Positions 58,396 to 64,000 of a stretch of 64,000 nucleotides of DNA are shown one piece after another (the first letter of the stretch is position 1; the number at the start of each line of letters is the position of its first letter). Made by a program: the position numbers and the translations under genes. Origin of the DNA: Mangrovibacterium sp. (GTDB taxonomy: Bacteria; Bacteroidota; Bacteroidia; Bacteroidales; Prolixibacteraceae); NCBI GenBank assembly GCA_047972415.1, contig JBKEAN010000056.1:9111-73110 (forward strand). The letters are read 5' to 3'. A model generated the notes under the pieces. It was not told the DNA's origin. It did not search any database and saw nothing but the letters and a program-made list of their open reading frames with translations.

Positions 58396-59613
58396 TTAGG
58401 CAGAAACCTTTTTTTGCTTTATTGAGCGCACCGGGTACCAGGCAGCTAAAAAGCCAATAGCAAGTACAATCGCAAGGGTAGCCGCAATATCGATAAGCTC
58501 AAGTTTCACCGGGTAGGCCGAAATGGCAAATGCCCCGCCTCCGGGCAATTTTAAAAGCTCAAAACGGCTTTGCGCCCATACCAGCCCAACCCCGCCAATT
58601 AAGCCAAAAAACGCGCCCGAAACGGTTATCATCCAACCCTCGAACAAAAAAATGCGCCGAATGAGCAATTGACTGGCCCCCATGCTCTCCAAAATAAACA
58701 CATCGTCCTTTTTATCCAGAATAATCATGGTGAGCGATCCCAGCAGGTTAAACGAGGCAATAATGAGAATGAATGACAGAATAAGGAAACTGGTCCATTT
58801 CTCAGACTTCATTACCCGGTACAAAAACTCGTGTTGCTCGTACCGGTCCTGCACTTTATAGGCAGTTCCCAGCACTTTTTTAATCCGCGCCTGGATTTCG
58901 GAAAGTTTCTCGCCGGGTTTCAATTTCAGCTCCAGCGAAGTCACCCGCCCTTCCAGTTCAAAAATATCGCGGGCAAACCGAATGGGAACTAAAATGTACT
59001 GGGCATCAATTTCTTGCTGAACCGAAAATATACCGGTAGCAAATAAAGCATCGTGGTTGAAAGCATTATCGAGCAAGGGGCGCATTGTCTGTTCGCGCCG
59101 CGGATAGTACACATGAATCGGGTTGATGAAATTGAGGCCAACACCCAAATCAACCGCTACCCCCTGCCCGATAACGGTAAACATGCGATTATCGTAATCC
59201 AGGATAAATTTGCCATCCACCATCATCGAATCCACACCGCTAAAGCTGGCGTAATCTGCTTCAACCCCTTTTACAATGCCATACTTCTGGCGGTCGTCGT
59301 ATTGCAGCAACGCGTTATCTTCAACCACCTGCACAAACGAGGCAATACCGTCCATCTGCATCAATTTCTGTACCTCCGGACTGTCAAGTGCAAAGCTTTT
59401 TCCTTCAACCACGGTCACTTTCAAATCCGGATCGAAGTTGGAAAGCATCCCGTGAATGAAATTTTCAATCCCGTTAAAAGCCGAAAGCACCACAATGAGC
59501 GCGAGCGTACCCACTGCCACCCCCACCACCGACAAAGCAGAAATAAGGTTGATGACATTGACCGATTTTTTTGAAACCAGGTAACGACGCGCTATTTGCA
59601 GGGCCAGTTTCAA
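58396..59613 (-). CDS. LolC/E-like (FtsX-family) ABC permease
   Basis: IARRYLVSKKS, LIVVLSAFNG, four-TM layout, IFLFEG, AYPV. Probable TTG start at 59613. Confidence 0.88.
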   Translation of the reverse strand: MKLALQIARRYLVSKKSVNVINLISALSVVGVAVGTLALIVVLSAFNGIENFIHGMLSNFDPDLKVTVVEGKSFALDSPEVQKLMQMDGIASFVQVVEDNALLQYDDRQKYGIVKGVEADYASFSGVDSMMVDGKFILDYDNRMFTVIGQGVAVDLGVGLNFINPIHVYYPRREQTMRPLLDNAFNHDALFATGIFSVQQEIDAQYILVPIRFARDIFELEGRVTSLELKLKPGEKLSEIQARIKKVLGTAYKVQDRYEQHEFLYRVMKSEKWTSFLILSFILIIASFNLLGSLTMIILDKKDDVFILESMGASQLLIRRIFLFEGWMITVSGAFFGLIGGVGLVWAQSRFELLKLPGGGAFAISAYPVKLELIDIAATLAIVLAIGFLAAWYPVRSIKQKKVSA

Positions 59614-59614
59614 T

Positions 59615-60433
59615 TTACTTAATGGCTTTAACAATTAAGCCCGTTCCGCTGGGGTGATGTCCTTTTACATCAAAATAATTCAGCACAGCCGACACCGGAA
59701 AAACAAGCAGGTAGTAAAACGGCAACAAAATGAAAAACAGCTTGCTGACACCCAACAGCTGGATGGGGTATTTCATGGACAGGCGCCAGCTAATTTTGCC
59801 GGGGCAACCATACGAGTAGTGCGCCTCTACTTCGGAGAAACCAACTGACTTTAACTTATCCTCAATTTCGCGAATATTGTAGCCATCGCGTACGTGCTCG
59901 TCAATAAAACCATGTACGCCGCCTTCTCCGTGGTCGTGATCATGCACGTCCGACCCCCCTTGATCCGATGGGGTTGAAATGAGCACAATGCCACCCGGTT
60001 TCAGCGATTGGTAAAAGTTGCGGAATACCTGCACATCTTCCTCAATATGTTCCATCACGTCAACCGACAAAATCAGGTTGAAACGGTCGGCCTGTACAAA
60101 CCGGGTCAGGTCGGCCTCTTCAAAACGAACCTGATCGGCCTTCCCGATTTCTTCGAAAAAGCGGTTGCAATCGGCAATTTGCTCTTCCTTCACATCAACC
60201 GCTAAAATCTGCGATTTCGGAAACAGGCGGCTCATGCGATAAGTATATTGGCCAAAACCGGAGCCGGCATCCAGAATGCTGCAATCGGCTGCCAATGGCA
60301 AATGTTTCAACTCTTTACGAACATGCCAAGCCCGCAGCAATAAGCAATCGAGCAGGCGGTAAAACAATTTTCTTAAAGCAGGGCTTTGGTTAAAAACCTT
60401 ACCCAACGAACGTTTAATCGGGTCGTACTGCAT
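59615..60433 (-). CDS. Class I SAM-dependent methyltransferase
   Basis: ILDAGSGFG, DVMEHI, LKPGG. Confidence 0.9.
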   Translation of the reverse strand: MQYDPIKRSLGKVFNQSPALRKLFYRLLDCLLLRAWHVRKELKHLPLAADCSILDAGSGFGQYTYRMSRLFPKSQILAVDVKEEQIADCNRFFEEIGKADQVRFEEADLTRFVQADRFNLILSVDVMEHIEEDVQVFRNFYQSLKPGGIVLISTPSDQGGSDVHDHDHGEGGVHGFIDEHVRDGYNIREIEDKLKSVGFSEVEAHYSYGCPGKISWRLSMKYPIQLLGVSKLFFILLPFYYLLVFPVSAVLNYFDVKGHHPSGTGLIVKAIK

Positions 60434-60508
60434 TTTCGTAGTGTTCAGTCTCAGTGTTCAGTTTACGGTAGGGTCTTCCTGCGACTGTCGCCGTAGACTG
60501 TGACTAAT

Positions 60509-60847
60509 TTATGATTTCAGGAGATTGTCAATGTTTTCGATGTAGTCGAGGCTGTCGTCGATGTAGAATTCCAGCTCGGGAACAACACGCAGTTGCTTGC
60601 CAACACGGCGGCCCAGTAATCCGCGGATTTTCGGGTTGGCTATACGGATTTCCTTTAGCACTTCGCGAATACCGTCGGTTGGGAAAATACTCAGGTAAGC
60701 GCGGGCCAAGCCCAGGTCGGGCGTTACACGAACTACGGTTACACTGATGAGTTTTCCCATGAACATGGTGCGGCTTTCTTTCTGAAAGATTTCGGCCAGT
60801 TCTTTTTGCAGTAGCCGGTTTATCTTTTGTTGTCGTGTTGATTCCAT
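60509..60847 (-). CDS. rbfA: Ribosome-binding factor A
   Basis: RQQKINRLLQKELAEI, VRVTPDL, LRVVPELEFYIDDSLDY; TAACTTTG promoter element on the minus strand at 60871-60878. Confidence 0.96.
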   Translation of the reverse strand: MESTRQQKINRLLQKELAEIFQKESRTMFMGKLISVTVVRVTPDLGLARAYLSIFPTDGIREVLKEIRIANPKIRGLLGRRVGKQLRVVPELEFYIDDSLDYIENIDNLLKS

Positions 60848-61102
60848 TTGTCAGTCAAAATATTTCGCGGCAAAGTTAATCAAAAATACCGGATGGCCGG
60901 GTTTGATCTAAAGTGACTAAAAATCTTGCTTTTCTCCTGCCGAGGTTTTTTTTGTTACCATCAAAAGAGCAAATTTGAAAATGATTTTTTCTACAAAACC
61001 CAAGAAATATCAAGGCATTTCAGTACTGTAAAAAAGATATTATGAGGCAAAAAATCGTTCCATTTGAGAAATCGTATCCCCATGTACCACTACCAGAGCA
61101 AT

Positions 61103-61137
61103 AAAAAGCCCTTCACCGGAATACCGAACGAAGGGCT
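61103..61137 (-). terminator. Intrinsic terminator after trpB2
   Basis: Minus strand AGCCCTTC...GAAGGGCT followed by TTTT. Confidence 0.7.
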
Positions 61138-61224
61138 GATAAAGTCATCTGATACTTGTTTCAATATCTACTACTCCGAAACTGAAACACTCTATATTAA
61201 ACTAGTAATGACACAATTGATAAT

Positions 61225-62601
61225 CTATTTTGGTAGCGGATAACCTTTCAAGGCCTCCAGATTCGCTCTGATTTCGTCTTCCGGATACTCATAGTCCGAC
61301 AACGCTCCTGCCATATACTTGTCGTAACCCACCAAATCCATCAAACCGTGTCCGGAGAAATTGAAAAGAATAACTTTCTCTTTGCCTTCTTCTTTGGCTT
61401 TTTTGGCTTCGCGAATGGTTGCTGCAATGGCATGGGTGGTTTCGGGTGCCGGAATAATCCCTTCGGTTTTCGAAAACAGCAGCCCGGCTTCAAAACACTC
61501 GCTTTGGTGAATGGCCTGTGCTTCCATTAAACCATCGCGCAAAGCGGCGCTAACGAGCGGAGCCATGCCGTGGTACCGCAAGCCACCGGCATGGATCGGC
61601 GCCGGAATAAAGTTGTGCCCCAAACTGTGCATTGGCAGCAAAGGTGTCATTTGTGCCACATCGCCGTGGTCGTAAATGAAAGGCGCTTTGGTGAGGGTTG
61701 GGCAACTAAACGGCTCGGCACCAATCACCTGAATGTCGGCTCCATGAATTTTGTCGTAAATAAAGGGGAATGACAAACCGGCAAAGTTGGAACCGCCGCC
61801 ACAGCAGCCAATTACCACATCGGGTTTGGCAATGCCCACCTTGGCCAACTGCTTTTTGGCTTCCAAACCAATAATGGTCTGGTGCAGCATGACGTGGTTC
61901 AGCACCGAGCCCAGTGCATAGCGGGTTTGCCCGGTGGGGTCGGTCACGGCAGCCTCAACAGCTTCTGAAATAGCAATTCCCAGCGAGCCGGGAGTATCTG
62001 GATATTTAGCCAAAATATCGCGACCCGCTTGTGTCTCGGTACTTGGACTGGCCACGCAGGTTCCGCCCCAGGTTTGCATCATCATTTTACGGAAAGGCTT
62101 TTGGTCGAAACTTACGCGAACCATAAACACTTTACATTCAATACCGCCAATAACCGAACAGGCAAACGACAAGGCCGAACCCCACTGCCCGGCACCGGTT
62201 TCGGTAGTCAATCGCTTGATACCGAATTGCTTGTTATACCAAGCCTGCGGAATAGCCGTATTGGGCTTATGGCTACCGGCGGGCGAAACGCCTTCGTCTT
62301 TATAATAAATTTTGGCTGGTGTTCCCAAGGCTTCTTCCAACTCGTAGGCTCTTATAAGCGGGCTTGGCCGCCAGCGGAACAAGTGTTGCCGGATTTCTTC
62401 CGGAATATCAATCCAGCGCTGCTGGCTCACTTCCTGTTCAATCAGGTTCATCGGGAAAACGGCAGCCAACATCTCCGGCGAAAGCGGAATGCCACCCGGT
62501 CCCAGCGGTGGGTTTAGCGGGGTCAACAGATCGGGTGCCAGGTTGTACCACTGTTTGGGCATATCGGCCTCATCGAGAAAAATCTTTTTTTGTCTGGTCA
62601 T
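61225..62601 (-). CDS. trpB2: TrpB-like PLP enzyme (stand-alone tryptophan synthase beta, TrpB2)
   Basis: [15 protein letters not shown] (PLP lysine), [30 protein letters not shown]. Start placed at MTRQKK. Confidence 0.92.
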   Translation of the reverse strand: MTRQKKIFLDEADMPKQWYNLAPDLLTPLNPPLGPGGIPLSPEMLAAVFPMNLIEQEVSQQRWIDIPEEIRQHLFRWRPSPLIRAYELEEALGTPAKIYYKDEGVSPAGSHKPNTAIPQAWYNKQFGIKRLTTETGAGQWGSALSFACSVIGGIECKVFMVRVSFDQKPFRKMMMQTWGGTCVASPSTETQAGRDILAKYPDTPGSLGIAISEAVEAAVTDPTGQTRYALGSVLNHVMLHQTIIGLEAKKQLAKVGIAKPDVVIGCCGGGSNFAGLSFPFIYDKIHGADIQVIGAEPFSCPTLTKAPFIYDHGDVAQMTPLLPMHSLGHNFIPAPIHAGGLRYHGMAPLVSAALRDGLMEAQAIHQSECFEAGLLFSKTEGIIPAPETTHAIAATIREAKKAKEEGKEKVILFNFSGHGLMDLVGYDKYMAGALSDYEYPEDEIRANLEALKGYPLPK

Positions 62602-62627
62602 GATGTACAAGTAGTTTTACGGTTTTA

Positions 62628-62763
62628 CAAAAAGAAAGGGACTTGCCGGTTACGCAGCAAATCCCTTTCCCCGCCTTTAACAGGAAATAACACATATGTC
62701 CAACGATTCCATTTTCACGTTGCGCCACGCATGTTCTTTTCCGTATTGGGGCGATTGATGCAT
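62628..62763 (-). promoter_or_regulatory. Putative attenuator leader of trpB2
   Basis: 28-aa uORF 62763-62677 with one Trp codon, then terminator GAAAGGGATTTGC...GCAAGTCCCTTTC-TTTTT just upstream of the start. Confidence 0.55.
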
Positions 62764-63079
62764 TCTTTGTTTTTAGTTTGAAGGCTAAAACTAGCGAATA
62801 ATTCCGAAAGGCAAAAGTGACCGGCATTTGAAATCATTCACGAAAAGATTAAACACGAAGGTACGAGGACACTAAAAAAGCGCAAAGTCGCTAAATGATA
62901 CGAAGCCTCGGTTACGGTGAATTCCCCACATTCCCGATTTGAAAGAGAAAAGTCGGACCAGACCCTTATCTTCCGTATCTGTTGTATCCGGTCTTTGTGT
63001 GCTGGCGGTTAAAGGCAGTCGAGAAACGATAAAATCCCTCTTTTAGTTTCAAATTCCTTTTCGCCTTCAAAAATAAAAT

Positions 63080-63109
63080 TTTGCAGTTTGGCGAATCAGC
63101 TTATTTTTG
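63080..63109 (+). promoter_or_regulatory. Bacteroidota sigma-A promoter for trpS
   Basis: TTTG (63080-63083), N18, TATTTTTG (63102-63109). Confidence 0.55.
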
Positions 63110-63216
63110 CAGGTCGAATCGCCCAAAGGACTGTTTTTATGACTTCAACCCAATGAAGAACAAGCAAATTGAACAGGCTGGAAAAGGCCTTTCGTTGAAC
63201 TTTACGATACTAAAAA

Positions 63217-64000
63217 ATGAATAAACCAATCGTTGTTAGTGGCATCCGGCCAACCGGAAACCTGCACCTGGGAAATTACTTTGGTGCGGTTCGCAGCTTT
63301 TTAAAAATGCAGGAAGATTACAACTGCTACTTTTTTATTGCCGATATCCACTCGCTAACCACACACCCGCACCCAGACAATTTACAAAGCGGTGTGAAAC
63401 AAGTACTTGCTGAATATTTGGCCTGTGGCCTGGATCCGGAGAAATCGACGATTTTTATTCAGAGCGATGTGCCCGAAATCACCGAGTTGTACACCTTCCT
63501 GAACATGAACGCTTACCTGGGCGAGCTGGAACGTACCACATCATTTAAAGAAAAAGCACGCAAACAGCCCGAAAACGTGAATGCCGGCCTGCTTACCTAT
63601 CCCGTTTTGATGGCAGCCGACATCATCATTCACAAAGCACAGTTTGTGCCGGTTGGTAAGGACCAGGAGCAGAACCTGGAGATGGCCCGCAAGTTTGCCG
63701 GCCGTTTTAACCGCATGTACGACCGGGAAGTATTCCCAATTCCACGCCCCTTTACGTTCGACGGTGGCGACATGATTAAAATCCCCGGACTAGATGGTAG
63801 CGGAAAAATGGGAAAATCGGAAGGAAACGCCATTGCCCTGGTGGAAGATCCGAAATCGATCCGCAAAAAAGTGATGCGTGCCGTAACCGACGCCGGTCCA
63901 ACCGAGCCGAACTCACCCAAACCGGAAGCCATTCAGAACCTGTTTACCCTGATGAAGGTAATGACCGCTCCCGAAATTGTGGCACAGTTTGATGCGGCCT
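63217..64000 (+). CDS. trpS: Tryptophan--tRNA ligase, truncated by window end
   Basis: Not in the ORF track. Manual translation gives MNKPIVVSGIRPTGNLHLGNYFGA, YPVLMAADI, VPVGKDQEQNLE, KMGKS. Confidence 0.96.
   Translation, partial: MNKPIVVSGIRPTGNLHLGNYFGAVRSFLKMQEDYNCYFFIADIHSLTTHPHPDNLQSGVKQVLAEYLACGLDPEKSTIFIQSDVPEITELYTFLNMNAYLGELERTTSFKEKARKQPENVNAGLLTYPVLMAADIIIHKAQFVPVGKDQEQNLEMARKFAGRFNRMYDREVFPIPRPFTFDGGDMIKIPGLDGSGKMGKSEGNAIALVEDPKSIRKKVMRAVTDAGPTEPNSPKPEAIQNLFTLMKVMTAPEIVAQFDAA

Noticed and set aside
62850..62900. Short purine-rich repeats (CACGAAGGTACGAGGACACTAAA) as a mobile element
   Set aside because: Too short and degenerate, with no associated ORF or terminal repeats.

Overview
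64-kb window of a Bacteroidota chromosome. The gene set and the TAnnTTTG promoters suggest an anaerobic Bacteroidales/Marinilabiliales-type organism (inference). (1) Positions 1-25.9 kb form one tightly packed minus-strand cluster of about 20 genes. It joins a terpenoid module (ferredoxin, radical SAM, DUF116-polyprenyl synthase fusion, single-barrel prenyltransferase-repeat protein, DxDD squalene-hopene-cyclase-like enzyme) to a redox module (Tat ferredoxin, NapH-like membrane FeS protein, HydC-HydB/NuoEF fusion, FeS partner with no catalytic domain). It also has five PQQ/BamB-like and two NHL-like propellers, an ABC exporter, a GT4 and an aquaglyceroporin that runs off the left edge. (2) Positions 26-28 kb are a small accessory zone with an IS5 remnant and two envelope genes. 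(3) Positions 28-64 kb are mostly core genes: recQ, guaB, SurA-type cluster, MoxR, rsmD, fucosidase, aconitase, two unrelated IDHs, citrate synthase, an S41 protease interrupted by an in-frame TGA, an ECF sigma module, pepE, rbfA, trpB2 and trpS. The strongest candidates for an undescribed system are the terpenoid-redox cluster and an ORF-free, highly base-paired ~520-nt RNA-like element at 50041-50566 with its own promoter-like site and terminator. All calls come from reading motifs by eye; no database search or folding program was run.
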